From the NCBI GenBank assembly GCA_024704765.1, contig JAKMXF010000255.1:248001-312000 (forward strand): a stretch of 64,000 nucleotides of DNA, written 5' to 3'. The notes under the pieces were generated by a model that did no database searches, had not been told where the DNA came from, and was given only the letters and a program-made list of their open reading frames with translations. Numbering within the stretch: position 1 is the first letter of the stretch; each line of letters starts with the position of its first letter. Positions 21,401-36,400 of this stretch are shown here, in pieces. Source of the stretch: Oopsacas minuta. Taxonomy: Eukaryota; Animalia; Porifera. A program made the position numbers and the translations under genes.

Positions 21401-24400
21401 TGATAGGATAAATTTACCTGAATATAGAACTTGTGAGTGAGTTTGTTCAAAAGCTTTTCAATCTTGTACTCCCCTATCATACCTATATGTGTTTTCTTAG
21501 GACTACTTATCAGAGATTTTGTACTCGGTTTAATACAATTCTTATAGAACTGTATGAACCAGTAGATAGAAAAATGATACATATGATTAAGCTGTGATAA
21601 ATCACAGGCAATAGAATACAGCAAGGAACCACGTTTAGCAATAGGACCATATGATGATTTAATTTTGTTTATATCATCTTGTGCACATTTAGCCTCACTA
21701 ATAACCGTCCGTATCTCATCTCTTCTCTTAATATTAGATGCTAGTGTATTCGTGTGATGAGGATTATCTAGAACATCATACACTTTTCTCTGTAGAATAC
21801 TATCAATACTTGCGTGTATTGCCCATAATTCCTTATAACAGCTCGGTAGTTTGGATAATAACTGTGTTTTCTGCTGATTTAATTCTGGATCTTGTATAGC
21901 TACTGCTTCAGCTAGTAGCATATCTTCCATGCTCTCTTCTGAGATAGAAAAATTAATCACATTTGTACGTATGTACACGTAAGGTTGAAATCTTGGAAAT
22001 GGAAGATTACAAGTCATGTATAGACGGAATGTAGAGTCGCCGTGTTTTTCAAACAGGCTAATAGATTCTGAATTATCAATTGTATCTTCTCTAAGAAGGA
22101 GGCTGTCTAGAGATAGTGGAAGTGTTTCTGGAATATTCTGTATTAAAAGAGGCCTGTTATTATCTATAGCCATTGCAATACAATCAGATAGATTAACATT
22201 AGCATAATCCGAGATAACAAGATTATTTTCTCTCTCTCTCTGCTCAATCCATTTATTAGCTAACTGCTGGGGGTCTATTATAAGCGGCCATCTAAATCCT
22301 TTCTCAATCAATACAGCATTCTCAATAGAGCCCTTATCTCTAGGTAGTCCCTGAGTATACCATATATCATAGTGCTCCTCAGATATGAGGTGGTTAGAGA
22401 AGGAGTATTTAGATGAGACAGGTATTTTTGCTACCCAACACATATCTTTCCATTGAGATAACATGTTCTGTCGATAACGTACAGGGAAAGGACCAAGATA
22501 GGAAATACCTGCTGATGATATCAAACAATCTCCAAGGATAGTTTTAATCTTCTCTGATACTTCTTCTCTCATTTCTTTACACCGAACTTGCTCTTCTTCC
22601 AAAGTCCTAAAAAGTAGCATATACCAATAATTACAGTAGATGCCAATTATCAGAACACCGGATATAAGCAGCATCCTTTGGGAAACGATTCTCATATATT
22701 CCTGTATATATGCTGGTATAATAACCAGTATTCACTGTAATTAGTAATAAAATCACAATAATTTAACTCACTTTCTCAAGAAGTTAGCTCTCTCCAGTTT
22801 ATCTTTCAGTTTAGTAAGTCTAACACCTAGTCCGTATTTCTCACGACGAGCTTTCTCTCGTGATACCTCAGTCTTCCGTATACTCTTTTCTATTTCTAAT
22901 AATTTATCATGAGATTGCTTAAGCTCCATTCTGGTCTCCTTCTCCAGATGCTTAGATCTCAAATAATCCTTACGTCTAGGCTCATACAGACGGTAAACCT
23001 GCGAATGAAATTTGTAAAATACTTGGCCACTTAGTGGTGATTTTAATAGAATATAACTCGTGACAAACATAATTGATTTAAACTCACTTTACAATACTTC
23101 TCAACAGCAAACATCCATTTGCAAATAGACTTACAAGCTCCAGATACTCTATCCACATTATCAGGATGGAAGCGTGGATCATTAATATAAACCTGTAACT
23201 TCTCTAGAGTATCATCAGATACTTGGTCCTTCTCAAAGTTAATAATCATTAGTATGAAATCTCTGGTAGCTAGCATTTGTTTAATACTTATCCAGTCAGA
23301 AGGTTGTTGAAGTAAGAGACATAATGCAGTCATTACTTGTTGTACAATATCAGGGGGATGTGCATATCGTCTGATCTCTACAATATCACTCTTCTTCAAC
23401 AGCTGTATCTCTCTCAAAGCCTCTTCTAGCTCAGGACGTAACTCCTCGTATTTCTCTGCTACATCATCTAGTATCATTCTTGTAGCGATAGCACGATTTG
23501 CATTCTCAGTCTCAAATAAATTAAATTTACAGTCAAAACTCTGTTATATCGAAGCTCAAGGTACCCCGAAAATTTCCTCGATATAGCCCAATGGAATGTG
23601 TCACTTTAACGGTTTGGGACCACATTTGTACAATTTCAGACTTCCATATAAGCGGGGTATTTAGATATCTCGTATTCGATATAACAGGAGTTGAACGTAT
23701 AAATTATATTAAATTGTTCTACTAAAATGTCTAACAATTTTCATTGTCTAATTAATCCCTTACCTCATTCTGTGAGAATTTCACTCTATGAAATAAGAAT
23801 TGCTTCTTATCCTGCTCAATATCCGCCAACAAATTCTCCAAGTCTATCTCTTTCATCTTCAGCATTTGCTCAGCTCTCTCCAGCCTGTAGCTAATATCTT
23901 TCACACCCTGATCTGCTTCTGAGAATCTGTTCACTGTAGTGCCCAGCTGATTCAGCCTGTCGGTCAGATGTTTGAATCGATATTTAGCTGATGAAGTGAA
24001 TATATGTACCATCTCTATGAACGAAGCTGTAGTAGCATACGTTTGCCAGCACTGTTCGGTTTCTAACGTATCAATACGTTCCAATACTCCTTTGTAGATA
24101 TCAGAGCAGGTTTCTGCTATCGTCTAACAAATAGTAAGATTAATACAGGAAAACCAAGAATCACTTCGTTATAACGTGAGTACACTGTATTTAACCTAAG
24201 GCTCATATTAGTTGAGTTTACCTTCAACATACTGGGATACACCAGCTTATCAGTTCTCAAGTCTTTGAGAAATTTCATTGCAATACTTGTCCTATCCTCA
24301 GCCGGCCATTGTGCGAAATAATTGAGATTGCAGCGACTGATGACGTCAGGATATTCTCGACACAATAGAGACAATATTTTCCCATGTGAACTGACTGATA

Positions 24401-27400
24401 TGAATACATGTAAATTAGCATTAACACGACTAATGAATCTATCCCATAGTGAGTCCAGTTTTCTAACAGAATCAATATTAGTGCATTCCATGGCTTGTTT
24501 AATCTCCTGTACTTCTACATTAGAGAACAGCTGAGATGTACAACCTTGTGTGATTATGTAAGCTACGTATGAGAGTATGTGAAGATTCTGTTCTAGGAAA
24601 CGACCAGCTAGATAGAGGGCGGATTTCACACCTTTCTCTCCAGCGTCTCTGAACAGCTGTTTTACGAGAGAATCGAATTCAGAGTAAGTCCTAAATACAG
24701 GAACAATATATAAAGAATATATAGTGTATTGACACCAGGGATGGATCGGCTAATTCCCCTTAGAAGGGATGGTTAATGAAACACAGATTGACATATTTCT
24801 TACTTGTATTCACCATCCTTATGGGGCATAACAATATTATAACCCAGTAGGTGAGATGCTAGAGATAATCCACTTCTCTTGCCTGAAGCAGGTAATCCTA
24901 TCATTATCATGTTAGTACAAGGTATTGTCAATACTCTACATATACGCATAATGTTATGCACTGCTACATCAAAGAACACAGGTAACTGATTGTTGTAGGG
25001 TATAGCTGATTTAATGAACTGCTCGTCAAGTATAGCAGCTATTGCCTTGAGGGGAGGGAGCGGTTGATAAGAGACTTGTTTGTTAGTTCGAATTTTACCG
25101 ATACTGCCAAATAGGACCTGTTCGTTTTGAAGCATTGATGGGGATATCACTACCTATAAGTAGACAGGAATTTACCAATTTGTATTATTATAACGTCATA
25201 AAATAATGAGATTATGATAAATAAACAGATAGAAAGATTATTGGCAGAAATGATAGCTTACTTTACAATGAATCCTAAGAGCATTGTGTAGTATATCGAA
25301 GTAATCTCTCCTCTCTTCATCATCTGTTAGTCTGTCGTGTAAGACTCTATTACATTCATGAGTGAATAGATTAATGAGGTCATCAGAGCTATTAACAAAC
25401 TCTGGAGTACATTGCTGCATACCTACGAATACCTGAGCTAGATCCTTGATCTTGAAGACGTAATGAGGCTTGTTGGTGGTAGGATTGAACTTTTCACAAA
25501 CAGATTTGAATAGAAATATTAATGTAGACACAATCTAAATGATCAGAATGTTGGAGATAGCTAATGTATACGAAATTGGAGAAATTACTCATAAACAAGT
25601 GGATTACTCACTTTATCAGCTATTAGAATAATGTCTCGATGAAACTGTGCTTTAATCAGAAAGAGATTAATCGCTACTCCGAATATATGCTTTATAGTAG
25701 TCTCAGTTGGTGAGGGGATATAGAAAGCATTGAATCGTCTGAGGAATTTTCCAGTTAGCTGTTTAGTTGAGTTTGAAGTTAGACGGTAGGTACCCATAGT
25801 GATTACGTCATATGTCCATCTCCACTGTCCAGATTTCCTCTCATAGAGTCCATCAGTGTCAATCAGCGAGGAGATCAGTTCCATACATGGTGATACGCTA
25901 AACTGGTCACATTGAGGTGCGTTTAAATCATCCAAGAACAATAGAAGCTATACAAGTTATAAATATTTCAAGAATCAGGAGATTTACATTTGTATAAAGT
26001 CAACTCCGCTTCTATCGAAGTAATTATCGCAGCGGAGTCCTTTAATATTTGAACTTCGATATAGCAGGTGTTGACTGTATTCTCAATCAACTTACCTTCT
26101 TTCCATTACGTCCAACCAATCTATGACGACGTTTCAATAGTCGTGACTCTATCTGATGCTGCATGGTACTAGCAGACATGTGATAGAATAATTTAATCTC
26201 AGATTTATAGAAGTTTGACTCAGTTTCTGTTTTCATATGAGTGAATACATTCTCGAACTCGTTAGTACCAAGTTTCCCTCCAAGGATAGTCGACACATAT
26301 TTATCTCTATCCCCGCTCTTGATCAACAGGTCTATAGCAGATCTCATGAACATAGAGACTCCAGAAGCATGTTGTCCTGCCAGGAGTACAGAATAGCCCC
26401 TAGCAGCAAGCAAGCAAGTGAAGAATGTAGTACGAACTGCATCAAGAGTAGGTATAAGATAGAAATCTTGAAATGCAGCTTCTGTTGGGCCAGGTTCTTT
26501 AGCAATTTGATGGAATACTGCTTCCATCTTCTTAGTAGTGATATTATAGGAGGAATGAGGTATACCAGTAACTATCTTCTCTCCTTCCAATACCAGAGAG
26601 TCCCATAAGGCAAACTTACCAGTATCAAGGTCTATGTAGTAGGAGAATATCGGCCTACATTTATAAATAATAATAAACGCAAACTGCGAAAATATATTGT
26701 AAATCTATCATGAAATATTACCTTGTAGAGTTTGGTAAATCAATCGGATAGGGAGTTTGTCTAGAAAATATTTGGTATACAAACTGATCAAACTTTGCCC
26801 TTCCAGAAGCTCCTCCTCTGAATGCGAGCTCCTCAGTAGTTCCCATGTGGGAGCTATCCTGTCCTTGCAACTCATCCATACCAAAGCAGTCTAGTGGACC
26901 ACCAAATGACCATACAAATGAGAACAGATAGAGACGGGAGATTACATTCATTATCTCATCAGGATTCTGCTGTAGATATGTTAGAGAAGAGTTAGAGGCT
27001 GGATCTACACTGTTCAATGAGCTTCTAACTGAAGCGGGTAAGTCTTTTATGTTAGCAAGAAATTCTGGATCCAAATGGCGGAAGAATGGGTCTGGAGGTT
27101 CTTCCTCCTACAATCAGATGTATAAATAGGATTATAATCTGTATTAATTTTAAGCTAGTATCGCATATACTCTACCTGTTCAAACACTAATGGAAGTGTT
27201 TGCTTCTCCACAACACCAGTAGAAGTTGAATAGTGCGTGTCCCCACTCATGCCAGAAACTATAGAAGAGCTCTTAGCATGATGTCCCCATTGTCTCAATG
27301 AAGTAGACTGTGTGACGTCACCAAATGTCTTATTATCTACTAGATAGTATACAAGACTTGACATTATATTGCATAGAGTATTCACATAGGATATTTGTGG

Positions 27401-30400
27401 TATCTCCTTGAGAGGTTTATTCTGTAGACTAGAGATCAGCTCTAGAGCTTGAGGGATTGAATAGTAAGCAATAGATTTGAGATATGTTTTGTTCTTTTCA
27501 GGGATAGAAGGGTGAAGAGAGTTCAACCAAGAGTTGAATATTGGTTTCCAGCCTAAGTCTTTCTCAGAAAGGAATACAATACTACAGCGAGATATTATAG
27601 AGGGATTAGCAAATTGAAGTGATTCTGTCTCGAATATAAATCTAACTCCTTCAGAGATCTTTAGACGTTCTCCGTTATTGAGACATATTACTTTTGTGTC
27701 ATCTAGAGCAGGATTCAAATGCTCAACCCATTGCTATATAAAGTATAATAAATATTATAATATACACTATGTAGAAGGGAAACATAAATTAGAACGTATT
27801 ATCCGAATAGGCTAGTAAGGTACTGTACAGTCTTTGAGGGCACAATTAGCATATTGCTAATGCCGAATCTTTATTCGTGAAATCGATCCATACGGAGTAC
27901 AGACACATGCCAAACGTCAAAGATGACATGATTTAGTTTCTTAGAACTTACAGGATCAAGAGGACCATCAAATACTATCCATCTCCATTCAGTAGGCAAG
28001 TGCTTTTCTTCTATATTTGATCCTACCAACTCTTTAGAATAGGAAGATAGCTTCCCAGATTTTGGACTAGAATCTGGATTTTCTAGTAGAATTATATCAG
28101 CCTCGTTATGGAGGCTTTCACTCTTTTTCATAGAATTCCTTCTGAAAGCATCTTCAAGTAGGTTTTGAGAAGATTTAGATTTCTTGGCTAAAGTTTTCTT
28201 TACAGAATGACTCACCTGAAAATATAAAGCTCGCTTAGATCGTGTACAGTAGACTCCGTTCTATAGGGTCACATCGGGACAAGGCCATTTTGACCCGATT
28301 AACTGTGACTCTATTGAATGGAATCTATTGTATTTCTTATTATATTATTCTGATATATCTCACTAGCGTAAAAGGTTAGAAATATCGAATCACAGCCGAC
28401 AATATCAGTGGATGAATCATAGTACAGTCAACTCCCGTAATATCGCGGATATCGAAGTAATTACACGGTCCATTGAGTATCGATATAACTGTTGTGGAGT
28501 GTAATATATTAATCAAACCTACTTCCATGTTCATTATACTGTCAGTTAGTTTCTTAGCCTTAAAGTTAGTAGTTCTGAGTAGAGGAATCCCAGAATTCTC
28601 TAAATCATTCTCATCTCTAGGCTGATAAATAACTTTATTCTGTTCAAACACCATTTCTCTTGGTTCTATCTTTGCAATAATATTATTTCTTCTACGAGTT
28701 ACAGTATCTTCCTGAGGATTTAAGTCACTCAGAAAACTCTTTAATATCTTTGGAAATATTCCAAGACAATCATCAGAACAGTTATTATTATCATCGATAT
28801 TACCATAGAATTCTTCTAAGCTGAAAGCCTTTGCATTGATTTGAGCTGAGAATACCTGTTGCAAATCGTGGATATGTATACAGAATTTTCGGTCTATGTG
28901 TTACGAGCGTAAGAATCAGAAATTGTTAACACTAGGTTTAACCATTCCCCACAAAAACCGGCCATATTCAGAAAATATTTACCTTAGATTTCACTAGGCT
29001 AGCAAACATATTATTATTAGACATATTCTGTGATGAGTTAGAAGGAGAACTTGATGAGGTTAGTATTCTATGTCCTGATTCAGCACTAGCAGAATATTTC
29101 TTCTCAGATGGTACAGACAACATGTCTAGTAGTCTGGCTAGGATCTGTAGACACACAGTCTTTCCTGTACCTGATTCTCCTACTAGCATAATGCCAGTTG
29201 ACTGCTTCATGAAGAGGAAGAGCTCTATCACTTTCTGAATCTACAAGAAATATACCAGAAAAATTTCATTGAAAAACAAACATTGAAAAAATTCAAAAAT
29301 TGTTATTTACATACCTGGGGTTGCCATTTCTCCAATTTCTTCTCCTGTACGATATCAATTATAATTTTCTCAACAGCACGTTGATCTGTGAATATCTTAG
29401 GAACTCCAGGGAAGTGATCGGATAGAAGAGAATGGAATAGTTGTCCATCTCTTGGCACTAATCGAGGTATAATAATGTCTTGTATACATCTGATAAGCAG
29501 TAAACTCTCTATTGTTTCTAGAGGGAAGCATACATTCCCCCAGTTTATGTAGAATACTTTCTTTCGTTCTGATGCTAGGTCGATTATCTTCAAGAGTAAT
29601 AAAAGGAAAGTCATAAAAAATCTATAGATATTTTCAGGATTCTAAGTACAATATAATCTCCACAAACTGGCCCTGTGGAAACAGGGAACTTCTAGGAAGC
29701 GAGTGAAAATAAAGTGAATTCTTAGTCCCACATGAAAGAACCTCTGAAAAAGGGCAATTTGCAGAAACAGAGTAGCATTTTTCGCCGTCCATCGTTTGTG
29801 GAGGTTACACAATACTCATTTTAAATTAAATGTAAATTACTCACCTGCCTAATGCTCCTCATTCCAAAGTTATAATGACTTTCTCTTGATAGATTACGCT
29901 CTGCTAGTTGACAGAAACTAGACAACTTTTTAGCTAACAGAGGAGCAGCTATAAATCCAGACGAGTAGAGCAATACTTCAACCACAGCTTTATCATCAGC
30001 CTCAAACATAGCACAAGGTCTCAATGTACTCAAAACAATAGCAGAAAACTCACAACATCCACTGACTGTGTAGTTCATTGTAATAAAGTATGCTGAGGTG
30101 TTTATAAGCGGTACTTCACGTGCGATAATCAACACCGATTCCCTGTTAGCATCCCTACAGGTCTTTATTACCTGCATGTAGTGAATAACTACATTCAATA
30201 CAGAGGTACTTAACTTATGGAAATCATCAAAACAACATAGAGTACCAGATGAACACATCCCAGAGAGATATTGTGATAGCATTCTATAGCCTACATCAGC
30301 TGTACAGCTATAACTGAAACACATGTTGCCTATAGCCTTAGAGAAGTCTCTTACAGTCTCAGTCTTACCAGTACCTGTCTTACCGAAGAAAGCAGTACCC

Positions 30401-33400
30401 ATGTTAAGGTGCATAGCAGTACTCATGTGTCTGAATGCTCGTTCTGTCAGAGGAGTCATTACCAGACGGGGAGAACAGCCTAGATACTCGTTACAGTATC
30501 GGAATCTTCCTAGGAACTGTTCCACCCAGACTGAAGAAACTGTAGATGGGTCATCTATGTAGTAGCGGAGTACCTAGTTATCAAATTTAATAGTTATATA
30601 TGTCCTATTCCGCGAATAATTCTTCTAATAGAATGACACAATATCAAGCTAATTAAATACACTGTAACGAGGCTGTGGAAACAGAGTGAATTATACAGCG
30701 AATTCCTAGTCACATACAAATGAACCACCTGGCCTGACACCCCAGCTGTACTGTACAACATTTACCTTACACCAGTTGTAATCAGATGATCCTTGGAATA
30801 TCGACAGCTCTAAGAGAGAGCACAACACATCTCTGAAGTAAGTCAATATTGTAATAATAGACATACTCAGGAGTCTGTGGTTATGTCTCTTTATAATACT
30901 CAAAGTGTTTGCCATCCTGCCTATCTGTTGCTGCCATCTGACCTTCAGAGTGTAGAGAGATTTAGATTGACTTGACCAATCTTCAGAATATTGTGCTATC
31001 GCCATTTCTACTTCTAAAGTCCATGTTACGAATAGAGAGACCAGTATTGACTGACCAGAATACGGTCCGCATGTCCAGTCTTCTAGGATTGATTGAGAGG
31101 ATTTAGCATGAGCTTCTGATATAGTAGTACATACCCTCTCTCGGAGGCTGGTCTAAAAGGATTGAACTTGTAAAACAGCAGTGAAATTTCCGAATTGTTG
31201 AGACCCGTTGAGTTTGTACATTTTATATGAAAGTAAATTACAGTTAACTTCCGGGAACTCGAACCCTCAGGGGAAAGCAAAATCTGTTCGAGATAGCGAA
31301 TGTTAACTGTACTCAATTCTGATAATATTGCCATAAAAAAGTGTTAAATATTCCGTAGCTAACTCACCACCAAATTAGCTATCCAGAATGTAGATGTAGT
31401 ATTCTTAACAGGTACATATCTATCAAGTTTAAACACTTCTCCCTCAAATGACACTACACCCTGTATATTAGATATATCAGGATTATATCCACTAACTAAC
31501 TGTAGTTGCTGTACACTCCCGAAGAGTTTAGATAGGAAAGGTTGTAGCACAGATGTATCAGTTGGATTGCAGATTACTTGAAGCAATTCTTCTCGAGACA
31601 GGAAATACAATCTCCCAAATATACTCCTCTTATTTTCAAGATAATCATCTAGTGATCTTGATACTCGCTCCAGCTGTACGATATGTGACTGGAATGCTTC
31701 TAGGACACCTGGACTTGTGGTTACTGTCTTCACGTATACATTTCTATGTGATAAATATTTGTTACTGAAATCTTGAAAGTTCTTATCAACAACTCTAAAA
31801 TCGCGGAATATCGCAGATAACTCATGTCGCATTTCAATACTAGAAAATATAGCTTCTAGCTCAGTCCATTTCTGTTGGAATAGATACCATGTCTTAACAG
31901 TAGCTAGCATTTGAGAGAGAATAACATCCCATGTCTCTACGTCCTTCTTAATCGATCCGATAAATTTGGATGATTTAATAAAGTATAAATTCATAAAGCT
32001 ATCTTCCAGAAGTGATATAATATTATCTACATCTACCAGTAACCATACTTCGTTATTCTTAGTTAGAGAACACAAGTGTGTGGACCATATCTCTGTTATT
32101 TTATTAAACAGCTCTTTTGAATGTCTTTCTTGTACAGCAATGACGTTTTCCTAATATGACTCTGAGAATAATATTAGTGTATCATTTATACGTACAGTCA
32201 ACTCCCATCATATCGAAGCTCAAGGGACAGCGATAATTACTTAGATATAACAGATAAAAATTTATGATACTTTATCGGTTATATCGAACGGTTTGGACGA
32301 TATTTGTACAATTTCAGACTTCTCTTTAAGCGGGTAATTCAATATATCCGTGTTCGATATAACGGGACTTCACTGTATGGAATAATCACAAATTAAACAA
32401 GTCTGTACCTTTGCATTCTATGTTTGAACCTACCTGAATAATTCTATCTTTTTTAGGCAATAAATCTAGCTTGATAAATTCCTCTAGCGTAGTCTTATAA
32501 ATATCAATCTCCTCTCTCAATAGTTTAAGTAGTCTCTTCTGAGTATCAGGATCTACCACACAAGCCAACACAGGTAGAATCTCATCAATATTACAAACCT
32601 CAAGATATACATTAGTCCAGAGAGAATTCTGAGGCAACACAGAGCTGAATAATGTTTTCAACTGTAAAAAATTATTAATTTGTTTTTGAATATCAGGAAT
32701 ATTAAGTTTAGACAGCTCTATTTGGTACCAGCTGGATGTTAGATCTTTCCATTTCTTCCAAGTTGACCATAATAGTTGCTTTAAACTAATTTCCTTCTGA
32801 ATAATTCTCAACTCACTGTCCTGGAAATGTAATGTCTCTTCTGTTAATAAGATTGCTTGATCTTCTACTGTACCTGGTAAGAATGATACAATAATAATTG
32901 AGGCTACCAAAAGGCCGTATTTGGTAATTTGCTCCCATTTAAATAAGGAGGAAACACAACGTTATATTTCAGACAATGGATGACAGTAACTAACTTTGAC
33001 TTTTCTTCTGCTTTTGTAAAGTACTCTTCTGATGTAACAGCTGCTGTACGTATCTCTGTAACTCTCCAGTCTGTGTCAGTAGATGCTCAACCTCCCTCAT
33101 ATGACGAGATAGATCAAGATATACAGATTCATAGCCTGATGTCTCCTCTAAGAAGTGTTGAGAAGATACAAACAATTTTACTTCATCTGTATCCACACTA
33201 ATATCAGCTAAACATTTGTGAATTAATTCAGAGAATAGATTTATGGTAATCTCCTTGCGGAGCTCTGCTTTAGCGAACTCTGAAAACATCATGTTATACG
33301 CAGGCCTGATAGAGAGTAGCTTGACTCTGTCATCATCTGGATACGGGAGAGAGTAGTCATCTATTATAGACATATATCTATTCAGATTAGCGTACTCATC

Positions 33401-36400
33401 TTGTACTTTGTTGATCTCATGCTGCATGTGATCAAGGAAGCATAGATGGTTAGCACAGCTACTGACATCACTGATAGTCAACTAAAGTGGGAGAGAACTA
33501 TTTAATATTACAAGTAACGGGATAGCCTTTGTTCACCCACGGATGACAGCAGGGAGCTTAGATAATGTGTTGAAATTGTCTCTCATCTATATATGTGCTT
33601 GATTTTTACGTTTAATATGAATTTCGAATAAGTGAAGGCAATTTTCAAGCATTTTATACCCAAAAACTGAGCCGATCAATCAAGTAAATACGAAAACAAA
33701 TTACGTCATAATTACTATACCTGTAGCTTGAAGTTAGCATGTTTGATATCCTCCATTAACTTAGTTATATGCTTATACTGTATCTTGCTGATATGTTGTG
33801 TAACGTCTTGTACTATTCTCTGAGGATAAGGCTTACAGGTTTTATAGAACTCAATCGTGTCTACTGTAAAAGCTCCAGATCGGAACGTCCTCACCATTCT
33901 ATTCACACACTCTTCTTGTGACTGAGCAAACTTCAAATAATGTCCAAACTTCTCAGGTCCCCATGTCTCTGAGGGCTTGGTGGTATGGTCCAATACCTGG
34001 GTATCAATAATTACCATAGAATTAAAACACACCCATAGAATTATTAGATGTTTATTATGAATGGTGGATTCGCTTATCTGCTCGGATGTTGTTCTAGGTA
34101 ATTATGAGGAATTCCTCGCTCGTTTGGGAGATTTCTATATTACATCACATAACCGAAATCCACAATCCATGGTTAAACATATAATATAGGGGGCTATTCT
34201 TCAAAACAGCATACCTTAACACATTGATTGAGAATACCACAATAAGGCTGATAAGCATCACAGTATATAGCAATATCATTCAAATTTTCTTCCAAATCAA
34301 AACTTGTATAATTCCAGTACTCCACAAGAGATTTTTCAAAGTTATCCAATACAACATACCCTGTACTATCAGACTTGTGTATATCTTCTTCAATACGAAC
34401 TCTCCTTAAAGATTTTATTTTAGCCATCTTATAGATACTAGGTTTAAACCTGTATTCCTTCTCCTTGTGTGACGTAATTTCTTCTGAGGATGTAGACAGA
34501 CAGTGAGTAGACTCTACAAATTCGTTAACACGGTCTGGAGTTATTTTATCGAGAAGAGGTAAGATAGAAGCTTCGTCATGAGCTGATGGGGTGTCTAGCA
34601 TTTTCGTAGATATAGGAGAGTTCTCATTTAAACTGGTAGTATGAAACCATAGCATATACCTGAATACAAAGAAGAAATAAATAGTTTTATGAACGGAAAT
34701 AACTATAACTCACTTTTGTAGTTTAGGATGAGTTGCTATAGATTTGTATTCTAAAGCTATCTTCCATAGCTCATTATGTACGTCACTGAATAACTCAGAA
34801 ATCTCAGCTCTGCTCGGTACCAGTTTGAGTTGATAATGTATTTTAGACATTTCTCTACTATTTCTTCTGGCAGTTGATTCAGTGACGTCATCAAATAGCT
34901 GTAGAGATACTCTTAGTAGTGGAGGACTCGGTCCTTTCAGTTCATCAACAATTTGATTAATAGTGTCAGGAAGCTATAGTTCATAAGAATAAATACAAAT
35001 ATTGACGTTAGAGTATTTGAGGTACTCACTTGCTCTCTAACTTTACTCTCACGTTTCTTGGACTTATAGAAACCGCGAGGTAGTATCTCCTTTCTGTAAG
35101 TAATTCCCTCTTCCAACCCCAGCTCCAGAGGAACTGGTATAATCCCGTGTGATATATCCTGAAGTTGCCCACTCATTTTCTGTTTGTTTAATCGTAGTTC
35201 TAGCACCATTTCCCTGAACTCATCTTCTTCAAGATAAGTACCCTCATGTACTGCATCCTCTACAGAGGTGTGTAATAGTGAGAGTAGAGTAGCAGCTCCT
35301 ATTAGGCAGAGTTCACGGATGTATTGGTGAAGGATTAGGTCTATCAGTTTTATGAAGCAGGACAAATCGTGGAGATTTTTCCGGTTGATAATTATTTCAC
35401 TAAATCTGAGAAAATCAAATAAAATACAGGTATATATTCTGACAATTTCAAAATAATGCACGCTCACTTGGTATTCCTCTGTTCCTCATTGGTAGTGAAG
35501 AACCCTTCTTGCTCAAGGTTATTAGCAAACCTAACTAGCATATCTACTATCCTTTCTTGCATGTCTTCAATACGTTGTTTTGATTCAGTAAAGTGATTTC
35601 TAACACCAAATTTTAGTTCAGAAATAGTCTTAGTTCTCAGCAGATCCATCCAGAATACTTTGAGATGATAATCTTTAAATACTAAGAGAGGATTTATGTA
35701 GAATTGTGAGCTTAAAGGACAGATAGACTCCAGGTATATAAGAATATCTTTAAGAATCAGCTGATAGTCTGGTCTCACTAAGTACAGTTTCTGAAAAAGA
35801 ATTTTCTTTACGCGAAGTCTGTAAATAACAATAATGTTAGTTTGGATCGATATAGCAGCAGTTCCCAACAATATACACCTTAGACCCCCTCTCATAGACT
35901 GCAATACAAAATTTGAGATCATATGGACCCCAGTTTGGGGACCGCTGTGAGGTAGTTAGCACTTACATTTTATTTTCAGAGTGGAATTTGGTCCAAGCAT
36001 TGAATATCTTTCTCTGTCTAGCTTGTCTGAAGAATGCAAGTCTCCTCAGAGAATAGAACATATCCCTCTCCCATACCCATCTACACACAGATGTAACCCC
36101 GTTCATACCCTCACTATCAAATGCTAGAATACTGGATGGACTAGCTGAGTAGTAGCAAGTGCTACTAGTCGCGGTTGTATAGTCACTAATAATGAGATCA
36201 TATGGATCCAGAGGGGAGGAAGGGTTAGGAAGACAGTAACATCTGATCTCATGATCGTCTGAGAAAGACTCCATTGCATCAGAAAGGGTATTAGAAGGAG
36301 AGGGGTAACGACACGGAGTCATGTCTAGACCTAGTTGGGATCTGAACTCTGTCAACCAGCTGAATAGGGTTGGTATAGTGACAGAACATTCTAGAACAAA

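Noticed and set aside
23500-32400. Idea that the MITEs are introners that created the dynein introns
   Set aside because: The GT and AG sites lie outside the TIRs with unrelated flanking intron sequence, so the MITEs inserted into existing introns.
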